Below, piece by piece: positions 29,287 through 38,138 of a DNA stretch of 64,000 nt. This DNA comes from a virus. Lineage: Duplodnaviria > Caudoviricetes. Within the stretch, counting starts at the first letter, position 1. Each line of letters opens with the position of its first letter. Under the pieces are notes generated by a model. The model worked only from the letters and a program-made list of their open reading frames with translations, was not told where the DNA came from and made no database searches. A program made the position numbers and the translations under genes. The DNA lies in IMG/VR virus record IMGVR_UViG_2974592265_000001, positions 1 through 64,000 of that record; one strand, 5' to 3'.

Positions 29287-29302
29287 TGTTCCACGTGGAA
29301 CA
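29287..29302. promoter_or_regulatory. parS: Perfect parS (ParB-binding centromere) palindrome TGTTCCACGTGGAACA
   Basis: 16-bp perfect palindrome matching the chromosomal parS consensus in its Pseudomonas-type form; intergenic. Confidence 0.85.
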
Positions 29303-29317
29303 TTTGCAGAGTTAGAG

Positions 29318-29346
29318 GAGGGCAGCGATCGCTGCCCTCGTTGTTT
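29318..29346. terminator. Probable bidirectional terminator between convergent arms
   Basis: GAGGGCAGCGATCGCTGCCCTC 22-bp perfect palindrome followed by GTTGTTT. Confidence 0.7.
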
Positions 29347-29622
29347 CTAGGCGTGGGTCCAGCTGAATTTTCCGATCAAGGTGTCACCCTTGAGCGTCTT
29401 GTACTCCATCAGCCCTTCGCGATCAGACAGGTGTCGAGTGCGGCAGGCGATGACCACGGTGTCCTTGAGGAAGAACAGCGAGGTGCCCACTTCCGTGGTG
29501 CCGGTGGTGCCGGCTGGCACCTTGATGTACATCCAGGTGGATACCGGCGCCAGACTGCCTGGAGGGTTCCAGTGGGTGGCCTCTTCAACGTGGCCGCAGC
29601 AAGGGCAGCGTTCCGGGGTCAT
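29347..29622 (-). CDS. Hypothetical protein
   Basis: 91 aa, N-terminal CPCC, coupled to upstream ORF. Confidence 0.55.
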   Translation of the reverse strand: MTPERCPCCGHVEEATHWNPPGSLAPVSTWMYIKVPAGTTGTTEVGTSLFFLKDTVVIACRTRHLSDREGLMEYKTLKGDTLIGKFSWTHA

Positions 29623-29858
29623 GCTGGCTCCTCGATGCTGAGCACTTCAAACTGCAACTCCACGTCGTAAGCATGGTGCCGGGTCGTCAGCTCGCCGCGG
29701 TGGCCAGGCATGTCGAACACGTAGCCTTCGACCGGCCCGCCACACACCTTGGCCTCCACTTCCTTTTCATTTCCACCGGGGGTGATGAACGTGGCCTTGG
29801 CTGGGAGGATCTTGCCGTCTGCTTCGGTGAACAGCTTGGTGATTCGGATGCGCCACAT
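29619..29858 (-). CDS. Hypothetical protein
   Basis: 79 aa, phage codon use, AGGA RBS. Confidence 0.55.
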   Translation of the reverse strand: MWRIRITKLFTEADGKILPAKATFITPGGNEKEVEAKVCGGPVEGYVFDMPGHRGELTTRHHAYDVELQFEVLSIEEPA

Positions 29859-29860
29859 GG

Positions 29861-30316
29861 TCAGTCCTCACATTTTACGTGGTAGATGGTCTCGGTGCGG
29901 TACTGGGCAGCTTTCAGCTGCAGCTCGGTCAGGATCTGGTCGCGAGTTTTAACCGTACCGTCTGGGTTGGTGTTGAAGGGGTTTATCGTCTGCGAAACCA
30001 CCTTGGTGCGAGTGCACATCTTGCCGCATTTTCCGCAGAGCGCCTTGGCCTTTACTGTCAGCTTGACCTCCTGAAAGATCATCCTGTTCGTGTACATAAG
30101 TTTCTCCGGGGTCGTAATGGATACCGTGCACATCTGGCTATGCTCGATGAAGAGCTGCCCGTCGCCGGGCACCTCCACAAGAACGGGGCCGGTCTTGCCG
30201 TTGATGAACCCCGACCATTTCAAATCACCGCCGTCCTCCGTGGTGAAGTGAATGTCGCACAGCCCAGTCAGCGAGCCCACCTGATAGTAGGCTCTCGTAA
30301 TCACCAGTCGGTGCAT
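29861..30316 (-). CDS. Hypothetical Zn-ribbon protein
   Basis: CGKC, QTINPFN..DGTVKT motif seen in phage proteins. Confidence 0.55.
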   Translation of the reverse strand: MHRLVITRAYYQVGSLTGLCDIHFTTEDGGDLKWSGFINGKTGPVLVEVPGDGQLFIEHSQMCTVSITTPEKLMYTNRMIFQEVKLTVKAKALCGKCGKMCTRTKVVSQTINPFNTNPDGTVKTRDQILTELQLKAAQYRTETIYHVKCED

Positions 30317-30317
30317 A

Positions 30318-32585
30318 TCACTCCCCCACGTTGACGATGTTTTCCGCCAGCGCCTGGTCGGTCTCGCGGTGGGTGATCAGCAGCACCTGCTTGGCGCTTC
30401 CAGCGATCATCGCCGCCAGACTTGCAGCGTTGTGTTCACGGCAGTCGGCAGTGGGCTCGTCGAAGATCAGCAGGCTGTCCTTGCCGTACAGGGCACGGGC
30501 CAGACCTACACGCAGCGAGACACCGATCATGGCTTTCTGCGCGCCGGAAGCCGACGCTGTAGGAGCGGAAATGCCTTCTTCCATGTAGTAGAAGTCACCC
30601 TCGTCGTTGCTGATCTGCGTGATCAGGTCCTTCGAAGCGGTGCGCACCAACTTGCTGCCCACACCCATGACGGTGTCCCAGACTTCCTTCAGGTACTGCT
30701 GACGACGGTCACGCAGGAACTGCACCAGGCGCTGGTACTTCTTGGCCAGGGCAACGTGTTCCACGGCAGCGGTGGCGTTCTTCTGCAGCTGCTCCAGCTT
30801 CTCGTTGGCCGCGTCCAGCAGCGAGGTGGCGTGCTTGACTTCCTGCTTGGCCAGGGTAACCGCCGATTCCAACACCTGCTTGCGTTCCTTCCACTCGCTG
30901 TGGGCGGCCTGGTAGGCGGTCTCAGCGGCTTCAGCAGCTTTGACGTCCGCTTCTGTCGGCGGCTCCGGCAACGCCTCCAGCTCGTCGTTCAGGGCCTGCA
31001 GAGTGGCCTTGGTCTCGTCCACCGTCACGCCGGCAGCTGCCAGCGCAGCGTGCTCGCGGTCGTAGGTGGAGTTGGCTTCGGTGATGCCCTTCAGCTTGGC
31101 CTGCATCTCGGCGTAGCTGGTGCGGGACTCACTCAGCTGTCCTGCCACACCGCTGAGCTCGTCTTCAATGATGCCCAGGGCGCGGGCAGGCTTGACGGCT
31201 TCTTTGGCTGCCTTGTCAGCGTTGATCGCATTGTCCAGCTTGACGATGGACGCCTCGTAGCGTGCCAGGGTGTCGGCGCGACCTTTACGGTCTTCCTTCA
31301 TCGCGGCGATGTCGGTCTGCAGCTGCGCCACCGAAGCCTTACGGCCCTCCCAGTAGGTACGGGCTTCCTCCGCTTCAGCTTTCAGCTTCTCAGGGTCGTG
31401 GTCTTCCTTTGCCCGTAGGCAAGTCGGGCACACGGCACCGTCGGACAGCATCAGCAGGTTGTCGTAGCTGCCCTTGGCCTTGCCAACTTCTTCCAGGCGT
31501 GCGGCGAGGTCGTCCTGCGAGGTCTGGATCGTTCGGTCCAGCAGGGCGATCTCAATTTCAGAGTCATCAGGCTCGAAGTCCTTCCAGTTGGCGTTGTGCT
31601 CGACTTGGCAGGTGTCCAGTGCCAGATCAGCCTCATCGGCGGCCAGCTGCAGACGTTTGGCCACGGCCAGCTCGTCGTTCAGAGCCTTCTCGGTGGCGGC
31701 CAGGGTGGTGCCGGAGGTCTTCATGCCTTCCATGTCGGCGAGGATCGCGGCGCCGTCCTGTTTGACCAGACCCATTGTGCGAGCCGCTGCCTCGTCGGCA
31801 CGGCTGTTGGCGTGTTTGACGTTGTTCTCGGCCACGGTGATGCGGTTGGACAGGCTGACCACGACGGCGATCTTCTCGCGCAGGGCGAAGGCTGCAGCAG
31901 GTTTCTCCAGATCGAACTCACCCTGGGACTCGCTGTTGGAAACCGCCGTGGCCAAACCAGACCCTGCCTGCAGGCTGGCGTCGGCGGCTGCCTTGGCCAT
32001 TTCACGGGCTTCTTCCATGGCTTCGTCCGAGACGAGGAGGGCGTCCGCCTTGCCGGTGCTGATGGTGGACTGACGCTGTGCTTCGGCCTGGACCTTGTCG
32101 ATCAGATCGACGCCGGCGAACTCTTCAACCTTGCGGTTCAGCGCGGCGGCGCCGAACTCGAGGATGGCGGCCGAGCTGTGCTGCTTGGACTGCACGAACA
32201 GGTCCCAGTCCTTGGCCGACAGGCCCAGCAGGGATTCCATCTCGGCGGTGACCGGGGTGCTGCCATTGGCCACCAGGTCGACGCTGCCGTCAGCGTTGGT
32301 GCGGGTCAGCTTGGCGGTCTTGTCGGTGCGCACGCAGCTGTAGATCTCGTCAGCGTGCAGCTGGAAGGTCAGGGTCACCTTCCAGGTCTTCTGGCCCCAC
32401 GTCGGGATGTTTTCCTTCTTGCCCGGTACGACGGTGGGGCCGAACAGGGCCACCTGAATGGCCTGCAGCAGGGTGGACTTGCCTTTGGCGTTGTCCCCGG
32501 CCACGACGTTCAGGCCCTGGGTGAATTCCGCGGTGAAGCTGCCGAGCTTTTTGAAGTTCTCGGTGACGCAAGTTAACAGACGCAT
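30318..32585 (-). CDS. sbcC: SbcC/Rad50-like recombination ATPase
   Basis: Walker A GDNAKGKST, coiled coil with CPTC zinc hook, ASGAQK signature, LLIFDEP Walker B, LITH. Confidence 0.92.
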   Translation of the reverse strand: MRLLTCVTENFKKLGSFTAEFTQGLNVVAGDNAKGKSTLLQAIQVALFGPTVVPGKKENIPTWGQKTWKVTLTFQLHADEIYSCVRTDKTAKLTRTNADGSVDLVANGSTPVTAEMESLLGLSAKDWDLFVQSKQHSSAAILEFGAAALNRKVEEFAGVDLIDKVQAEAQRQSTISTGKADALLVSDEAMEEAREMAKAAADASLQAGSGLATAVSNSESQGEFDLEKPAAAFALREKIAVVVSLSNRITVAENNVKHANSRADEAAARTMGLVKQDGAAILADMEGMKTSGTTLAATEKALNDELAVAKRLQLAADEADLALDTCQVEHNANWKDFEPDDSEIEIALLDRTIQTSQDDLAARLEEVGKAKGSYDNLLMLSDGAVCPTCLRAKEDHDPEKLKAEAEEARTYWEGRKASVAQLQTDIAAMKEDRKGRADTLARYEASIVKLDNAINADKAAKEAVKPARALGIIEDELSGVAGQLSESRTSYAEMQAKLKGITEANSTYDREHAALAAAGVTVDETKATLQALNDELEALPEPPTEADVKAAEAAETAYQAAHSEWKERKQVLESAVTLAKQEVKHATSLLDAANEKLEQLQKNATAAVEHVALAKKYQRLVQFLRDRRQQYLKEVWDTVMGVGSKLVRTASKDLITQISNDEGDFYYMEEGISAPTASASGAQKAMIGVSLRVGLARALYGKDSLLIFDEPTADCREHNAASLAAMIAGSAKQVLLITHRETDQALAENIVNVGE

Positions 32586-32609
32586 GGCGCCTCCTATGTA
32601 GGGATAAGT

Positions 32610-32621
32610 CGCTAGTTAGCG
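32610..32621. promoter_or_regulatory. Palindromic motif CGCTA-GT-TAGCG (putative operator)
   Basis: TCGCTAGTTAGCGA just upstream of sbcC RBS (AGGAGG). Confidence 0.55.
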
Positions 32622-32774
32622 AGAATACACGTTAAAGATGATGGCTGCGATGGCAATGGAAAGCGGGTGAGGGCGCAGGTTGATCTTCGCGGGGCTCTGC
32701 CAGAGCAGGAACGACAGATCGACGGGTTCCCGGTAGGTTGCCCTACCGGTGAACTGCAACGTGCTGTGACTCAC
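32616..32774 (-). CDS. Small hypothetical protein (52 aa), not in ORF track
   Basis: GTG start overlapping mazG TGA; MSHSTLQFTGRATYREPVDLSFLLWQSPAKINLRPHPLSIAIAAIIFNVYSR. Confidence 0.4.
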   Translation of the reverse strand: MSHSTLQFTGRATYREPVDLSFLLWQSPAKINLRPHPLSIAIAAIIFNVYSR

Positions 32775-33115
32775 AGCTTGCTCGCCGCTTCAATAAACTC
32801 CTTGAAGTCGTCGCCCTGGTGGTGCGACCAGCTGAGCTTCTTCAGCATGGCCAGGTTCACCGCCTTGTCGTGCGCCGGCTCGCTGTACAGCTCCGGGATG
32901 TCCCGGCCGATCATAGTGATAGCAGCCTCGACGTCGGTCAGTTCATCGTGTAGGTACTGTCGGTTGGTACGGATGTCGAGGCTGTCCGGGTTGAAGCTGT
33001 CGTAACCGTGCCGCAGGATCTTGCCGATGATCTGAATGGCCTCGCCCATCTCTTCAGCGAGGATAGCCAGGCGTTCCGCTTGGGCCGGGGTCAGTTCGTT
33101 AAAGTGTGTAGGCAT
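32771..33115 (-). CDS. mazG: MazG-like nucleotide pyrophosphohydrolase
   Basis: LAEEMGEAIQIIGKILRHG...LHDELTDV (ExxE...ExxD). Confidence 0.75.
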   Translation of the reverse strand: MPTHFNELTPAQAERLAILAEEMGEAIQIIGKILRHGYDSFNPDSLDIRTNRQYLHDELTDVEAAITMIGRDIPELYSEPAHDKAVNLAMLKKLSWSHHQGDDFKEFIEAASKL

Positions 33116-33450
33116 GGCTCGTACTCCTTGTCGGCGTCGTAGATGTTGGACGGCTGCACATACTCGTTCAGCTGCCCTTCCTTGACGTTGTAGCTCTTGG
33201 CCGGGCCGAGGTTGCACTGCTCGGTCTTGAAAGCGTAGTGGATCTGGCAGCCGGCAATGGTCAGGCTACCCAGCTCTACGTACCAGTTAGTCGACCTGGC
33301 GTTAGTCTTGACTCCAAGCGCCTGCTGTGAGTCCAGTACCGCATGCACGGTGCCGAACGCGGCCTTGTACGACCCACCGTCCGGGGCAATGAACCAGTCA
33401 TTGGTGGTGATCAGGGCCTTGCAGCCAATGGTCAGGTTCTTCGGGATCAT
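33091..33450 (-). CDS. Hypothetical protein
   Basis: 119 aa, ATGA overlap with sbcD; TTNDWFIAPDG motif. Confidence 0.6.
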   Translation of the reverse strand: MIPKNLTIGCKALITTNDWFIAPDGGSYKAAFGTVHAVLDSQQALGVKTNARSTNWYVELGSLTIAGCQIHYAFKTEQCNLGPAKSYNVKEGQLNEYVQPSNIYDADKEYEPCLHTLTN

Positions 33451-34520
33451 GCGGTCACCTTCGATACCAGTTCAGCGAACAGCGGCGCCAGGTCGGTGCC
33501 TTCCAGATCCCGTGCGATGCGGGTCTTCAGATCTTCGGCAACCACGCCCTCGATCTCAGTGTCCACGTCCTGCAGCGAGTCCTTGATCTCGACCTTGTTG
33601 CGCACGGCGAACATCTCGGTGTAGTAGCCTTCCTCGCCCTCGGGCTTGTAGTAGCTGGCCTTCCACACGTCACGGACAAACTCACTGACCTCGACAGCGT
33701 TGGCCACAGCCTCTGCGCCGGTGACGTCGACGAACTGGATGCCGGTGAGGTCGGGGATCTCGCTGCCCAGCTTGATCTCGCGGTAGTGATCCTTGACCGA
33801 CCAGATCAGCTCTTTGGTCAGCTCGGCGGTGTCCAGCTCCAGGTGGTAGACGAACTTGTCGCCGATGTCGTGGAAGCTGGTGGGGTGGGTGTTGCCCAGC
33901 ACCACGACCTGGCCGCCGAGGTCGGTGGAGCCGTTGTGTTCATGGCCGATGAAAATGTAGTCGAAGGCCTCGATCAGCTCCTTGGCCAGATCCCGCCGTA
34001 GGTTCAGCGTGTTGTCTGTGGTGGCCAGGTCGAAGTCGTAGTTGCAGTGCAGGAACAGGTAGCTGGCTAGGCCGTCGCGGTTCTCGGCGGCGTGCGCTGC
34101 AGCGTCCCGCATCGCCTGCTCGAAGATTTCTTGGCTGGCGTGGTGCGGGACCATGTAGATCGACTCGAAACAGTCGAAGTACGGGTCGGTCAGATTCGGC
34201 ACCGCGCAGATCGGTACGCCCTGCTCCTTGAGCAGACGCAGCGAGGACATGGTGCCTTCGCGGTTGGTCTCGTCGTGGTTGCCGGCCAGCGTCATCCAGC
34301 ACAGGCTGGCCACGCTGTGACCTTGGGCGATGATCTCTTCGCGGTTGAACGACTTGTCGAACAGGTCGCCGACGCAGAATTTCGGGTGCGGGCCAGTGCT
34401 GACAATGGCCATGGCTTGGTGAAACAGCGACAGCTTCAGGGCTTCCGAAGACTCGCGGGTGGTGTGTGCTTGCCGTGACGTGCCCAGGTGTGGATCGGTA
34501 AAGATCGTGAGGTTCTTCAT
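33447..34520 (-). CDS. sbcD: SbcD/Mre11-like metallophosphoesterase nuclease
   Basis: TDPHLG, GDLFD, LAGNHD, FIGHEH motifs. Confidence 0.9.
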   Translation of the reverse strand: MKNLTIFTDPHLGTSRQAHTTRESSEALKLSLFHQAMAIVSTGPHPKFCVGDLFDKSFNREEIIAQGHSVASLCWMTLAGNHDETNREGTMSSLRLLKEQGVPICAVPNLTDPYFDCFESIYMVPHHASQEIFEQAMRDAAAHAAENRDGLASYLFLHCNYDFDLATTDNTLNLRRDLAKELIEAFDYIFIGHEHNGSTDLGGQVVVLGNTHPTSFHDIGDKFVYHLELDTAELTKELIWSVKDHYREIKLGSEIPDLTGIQFVDVTGAEAVANAVEVSEFVRDVWKASYYKPEGEEGYYTEMFAVRNKVEIKDSLQDVDTEIEGVVAEDLKTRIARDLEGTDLAPLFAELVSKVTA

Positions 34521-34633
34521 TGCTGCCAGTCCTTTAAACAGTGGTACGCATAGGAGATCACCGGGATCAGGGTGAAGATGATGATCCCTTCGAGGATGAA
34601 CAGAGCGAGTTGCTTTTTGAATTTCTTGGTCAT
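34517..34633 (-). CDS. Small single-pass membrane protein (38 aa), not in ORF track
   Basis: MTKKFKKQLALFILEGIIIFTLIPVISYAYHCLKDWQQ; TGA overlaps sbcD ATG. Confidence 0.5.
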   Translation of the reverse strand: MTKKFKKQLALFILEGIIIFTLIPVISYAYHCLKDWQQ

Positions 34634-34647
34634 GGGTCCGTCCATTA

Positions 34648-34670
34648 GAAGGGCAGCTGAGCTGCCCTTC
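34648..34670. terminator. GC-rich hairpin, possible terminator/attenuator
   Basis: GAAGGGCAGC-TGA-GCTGCCCTTC; weak U tract. Confidence 0.5.
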
Positions 34671-34682
34671 GTTCCACGTTAA

Positions 34683-35069
34683 TTACTTGGCAGCACGCGG
34701 TGCCCGAGGGCGACGTGGCGGCTTGGCCGGGGTGTCAGCTGGGATGAACTCACCTTCCTGCGGCGCGGGCGCCGGAGCCGGTACTGGCTTATCCGCCGGC
34801 ACCGCCGCGATGATGAAGTCCAGGCGGATGTTGACGATGCCACCCTGCAGACCTTCACCGACCACGGTCCACAGATCCAGTTCCCCTTTCTTCGGCGCCA
34901 GGCGGGGCTGCTGCACACCGCTGTACAGGTACGCCAGCGGGGTCAGCTGCTCGGTGGTGCCGGCCTCGCCTTCCTTGTTCCGCGATGCCCAGTCGTAGCG
35001 GGTCACGATAATCATGAACTGACCGATGTCGATGTTCATGTGGTTGTTGGTGTTCAGTGGCTTCTTCAT
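34683..35069 (-). CDS. Hypothetical protein with Pro/Arg-rich tail
   Basis: 128 aa from MKKPLNTNN; AAGG upstream. Confidence 0.55.
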   Translation of the reverse strand: MKKPLNTNNHMNIDIGQFMIIVTRYDWASRNKEGEAGTTEQLTPLAYLYSGVQQPRLAPKKGELDLWTVVGEGLQGGIVNIRLDFIIAAVPADKPVPAPAPAPQEGEFIPADTPAKPPRRPRAPRAAK

Positions 35070-35092
35070 TCCGTTGATACCTTGTAGGTGGG

Positions 35093-36241
35093 TTAGAGGG
35101 GTTGGTGCCAGCACTTGGCGGTGGCAATGTTGGGGATGCCGTCCGGCGTGAAGCCGAAGTGCGACAGGGTCAGCAGGCGGCCGATGTTCTGGCCAGCCAC
35201 CAGTGCCTCCCACTCGGCGTGCTTCTCTTCGGCGTTGCCGTGGGCAGTGGCCTTGGCGGTGCGTACCCCGCCTGGCGTGTTCACCTCGTAGATGAACTTC
35301 GGCACCTGGTAGGTGATGCCCTTGACGACCTGCTGTTCAGCCAGTTCCCAGCCCACAACCTTCACTTCGAAGTCGGTGAAGTCCTTCACCTTGGTCAGGT
35401 ACTTGGTGCGCTTGCCGTCGCGGTAACCTTCACGGCCCCAGCGCAGGATGCTGCCTTCATAGCCTTCAGCGACCCAGCGGCGGTGCAGGGCCATGACTTC
35501 GGCCATGCTGCGAACCCGAACGGTCTCGACCAGATGAATCCGGTGGTCAAGGTCGACGACCTGGCTGAACGCATGCTGCAGGTCAGCGAAGCGCTCTTCG
35601 AACGGCTTGTCGCTGACCGAGTCGTAGATGTAGTAGCTGAGGTTCAGCGACTCTTCGCGCGGCTTGGTGATCAGGCTGCCGATCGCTTGCAGCGTCATGC
35701 CGTGGACGTACAGCTCACCGTCGAGGTGGATGTCAGCGAACGCCGGCTGCGCATCCAGAGCGTCCTGAATGTGCTGGACGTTGTGCGCCTTGCCGCCACG
35801 GCTGTAGATGATGTCGTCTTCGAGGCAGCGGTGACCGTCGAACTTACGCTGCAGGAATGCGTTGTCCCAGTCGACCTCGTCCATGTTGACGTCTTGCATC
35901 TTCTCCGCAAGCATCGGCTTCTTCTTGCCCAGGCCGTTGGTGACCGGAGCTGCAGCGTCGGCAATGTCTTCGACGTAGCCCAGGCGGATCTGCTTGCTGA
36001 CCCGGGAGGCTGCTTCCAGCACCGCTTGTTCGTAGTCGGTGGTCGCGTTGGCGCGGCCGGCGTTCTTGCCCTTCACCGAGGTGATCTTCTCTGTTACCGC
36101 CCCGCCATCGGACTTGGCGAAGGTGATCACCAGGCGGGCGCTGTCATCTGGAAGGCCTTGGGCGTCGACCTGCCACCAGCCGATGGTCTTGCCGAGGTTT
36201 TTATACAGGCGTTTGGAGGAGAGGAGTACGGTGTTTGTCAT
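35093..36241 (-). CDS. ATP-dependent DNA ligase with N-terminal WGR-like domain
   Basis: QRKFDGHRC (KxDG), LDGELY, EGSILR, TKVK. Confidence 0.9.
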   Translation of the reverse strand: MTNTVLLSSKRLYKNLGKTIGWWQVDAQGLPDDSARLVITFAKSDGGAVTEKITSVKGKNAGRANATTDYEQAVLEAASRVSKQIRLGYVEDIADAAAPVTNGLGKKKPMLAEKMQDVNMDEVDWDNAFLQRKFDGHRCLEDDIIYSRGGKAHNVQHIQDALDAQPAFADIHLDGELYVHGMTLQAIGSLITKPREESLNLSYYIYDSVSDKPFEERFADLQHAFSQVVDLDHRIHLVETVRVRSMAEVMALHRRWVAEGYEGSILRWGREGYRDGKRTKYLTKVKDFTDFEVKVVGWELAEQQVVKGITYQVPKFIYEVNTPGGVRTAKATAHGNAEEKHAEWEALVAGQNIGRLLTLSHFGFTPDGIPNIATAKCWHQPL

Positions 36242-36259
36242 GGTTCAGTCCTTAAATAG

Positions 36260-36283
36260 AAACCCCGCTAGTTAGCGGGATTT
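36260..36283. promoter_or_regulatory. Palindromic motif CCCGCTA-GT-TAGCGGG within extended hairpin
   Basis: Core CGCTAGTTAGCG at 36266-36277, overlaps resolvase stop, upstream of ligase RBS. Confidence 0.55.
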
Positions 36284-36793
36284 GTGCAGTGTATCCCCTT
36301 TGCAGGGGATCTGGAAATAGTCCGCAAGGAGGTCAGCCACGCGCTGCCGCTGCAGCTTGTTGATCACCCCCACATTCGGCCAGGTGGCCAGTAGGTAACG
36401 CTTGTCTATCCGCACGGTGTCGTGCACCGCAATGCCATCCCACAGCTGGATCACCCCGTTCTGTGCATCCCAGAACAGGATGTAGTAGGGGATCTCCAGC
36501 AGAAACCGGAACCTTGCGATGGCCCCACGCTGCGAAGGACGAACCGCATCCTTCGGCATCGTGATGTTTTTCTCGCTGGCTTTCACCTCGAGGAAACACA
36601 GCCTCTGGTCTCCCAGCAGGTTGCTACAACCTGCTGGAAGCCCGAGAAGGTAATCGCTTGGCTGCTCGGCAATGAGGGACCCTGCGGCCCCCGTGTCGGC
36701 GAGGCGGTGGTAGCTGACCAGCCGCTGCTCAAAGAGCAACTTCATGACCAGCTGCACCTCCTTCTCGAACACCTTACCGATGGAGGCCGCCAC
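36272..36793 (-). CDS. Holliday junction resolvase, RecU-like PD-(D/E)XK
   Basis: GKVFEKEV, QPSDY...FLEVK, SQ motif. Confidence 0.75.
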   Translation of the reverse strand: MAASIGKVFEKEVQLVMKLLFEQRLVSYHRLADTGAAGSLIAEQPSDYLLGLPAGCSNLLGDQRLCFLEVKASEKNITMPKDAVRPSQRGAIARFRFLLEIPYYILFWDAQNGVIQLWDGIAVHDTVRIDKRYLLATWPNVGVINKLQRQRVADLLADYFQIPCKGDTLHKSR

Positions 36794-37395
36794 TAGAAGT
36801 TGCCTTCCAGTTCGGTCACCAGCTCCAACAACTTCATTTCGAAGTCGAACAGCGAGCCGTCGTTGACGATGGTGTGGGTGACGAAGGCGGGGTTGACCCC
36901 TTTCTCGCTGGCATGGCCCTCGACTCCGACCGTCTGCTGCTCAAGGCCCGGCCGGACAATCTGCAGGACCACGCCGTGTTGGTCCCGCACCCAGTGGGCT
37001 TCGGAGTTGAAGCGGACGTCGCTGAGGACCATACCTTGCACTGTGTCAGTGCCGTTGACCTTGGCGTTGGAGAACTCCCCTAACTCCGTCTTCCAAGGGC
37101 AGCCAGCCTCCACCCACTTCCACTTGCGATCCACCAGGTTGACCCAGACGTTGTCGTGCAGCGCACGACCCCACTCGGTGCCCAGCGTCTGCATCATCAC
37201 CCGGTACGACACCCCGGTTTCAGGGCAGATGCCGGAGCGATCGCCGTGGTGGAAGTGATCGCCGAAGACCGACTTCAGCATGGTCTTCAACGGCTCAGCG
37301 AAGGCGTATTTGTACAGGCTCATGTGCCTGACCAGATAATCCGCTGCGTGGTCTTTACCGGACCTGGCCAGTCCGGTCACGCCGATCAGCTTCAT
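36793..37395 (-). CDS. Deoxynucleoside monophosphate kinase
   Basis: IGVTGLARSGKD P-loop, AFAEPLK, RVMMQTLGTEWGR, SDVRFNSE, HASE. Confidence 0.9.
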   Translation of the reverse strand: MKLIGVTGLARSGKDHAADYLVRHMSLYKYAFAEPLKTMLKSVFGDHFHHGDRSGICPETGVSYRVMMQTLGTEWGRALHDNVWVNLVDRKWKWVEAGCPWKTELGEFSNAKVNGTDTVQGMVLSDVRFNSEAHWVRDQHGVVLQIVRPGLEQQTVGVEGHASEKGVNPAFVTHTIVNDGSLFDFEMKLLELVTELEGNF

Positions 37396-38138
37396 ATTGC
37401 CATCGCCAGGCGCAGGCACAGCGCTTCACGCAGCTCGGTGGAGAAGAGCATGTCGCACTTGTCACTGAGCAGCCACTTGCAGTAGGACTGGTCGAGGTTC
37501 TTGACCTTGCTGCCCTTGTCTTTGCCGAAGCCGATCTTCATTTCCAGCGTGCCGTCGTCGCCCTTCATCCAGACCATCAGCTCGTCCAGGCTGTCGACCT
37601 TGGCCCAGCTGTACAGCGGCTTGATGCACTTCAGCGTGGCGTCCACGTCCACCGAGGCGTCGTGGGCACCGTTCATGGGCTCGCCCATCAAGTGCTCGTA
37701 GAAGTTGACCAGCTTGGCGCTCGGCCACTTGTGCTCGGTCTTCAGCTTGCGGGCAGCCTTCATCAGGTCGATCGACTTCGGCGCGCGGAAGCCGACACGG
37801 GCTGCAATGCGGTTGTCGAAGCTGCCGCTGTTGTAGCCGATCACGGCGTCCAGTTGCATCTCGTTGACCGTGTCCATCTGCTCGCCCAGGTACTTTTCCC
37901 ACGGCAGCTCATCGAGCAGCTGATGGGCGTAGTAGCCGTGGACCTTGGAGGCCTCCGGGTGGATCTCTTTGCCCGGGTTCAACAGCATCAGATCCTTATC
38001 GTGAATGTCGTAGCTGCCGTCCTGATGCAAGGTCACGATCCACAGGGCTGACTGCAGGACGCCGCAAGTGCCGGCGTCCACCCCAGTGGTTTCATAGTCG
38101 TGCGCTAGTGCTCTGACACTCTGTCCGTTGAAGCTCAT
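37392..38138 (-). CDS. DEDDh 3'-5' exonuclease (DnaQ/ExoX-like)
   Basis: HDYETTG, YNSGSFD, AHDASVDV; C-terminal FGKDKG...SYCKWLL domain. Confidence 0.88.
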   Translation of the reverse strand: MSFNGQSVRALAHDYETTGVDAGTCGVLQSALWIVTLHQDGSYDIHDKDLMLLNPGKEIHPEASKVHGYYAHQLLDELPWEKYLGEQMDTVNEMQLDAVIGYNSGSFDNRIAARVGFRAPKSIDLMKAARKLKTEHKWPSAKLVNFYEHLMGEPMNGAHDASVDVDATLKCIKPLYSWAKVDSLDELMVWMKGDDGTLEMKIGFGKDKGSKVKNLDQSYCKWLLSDKCDMLFSTELREALCLRLAMAI

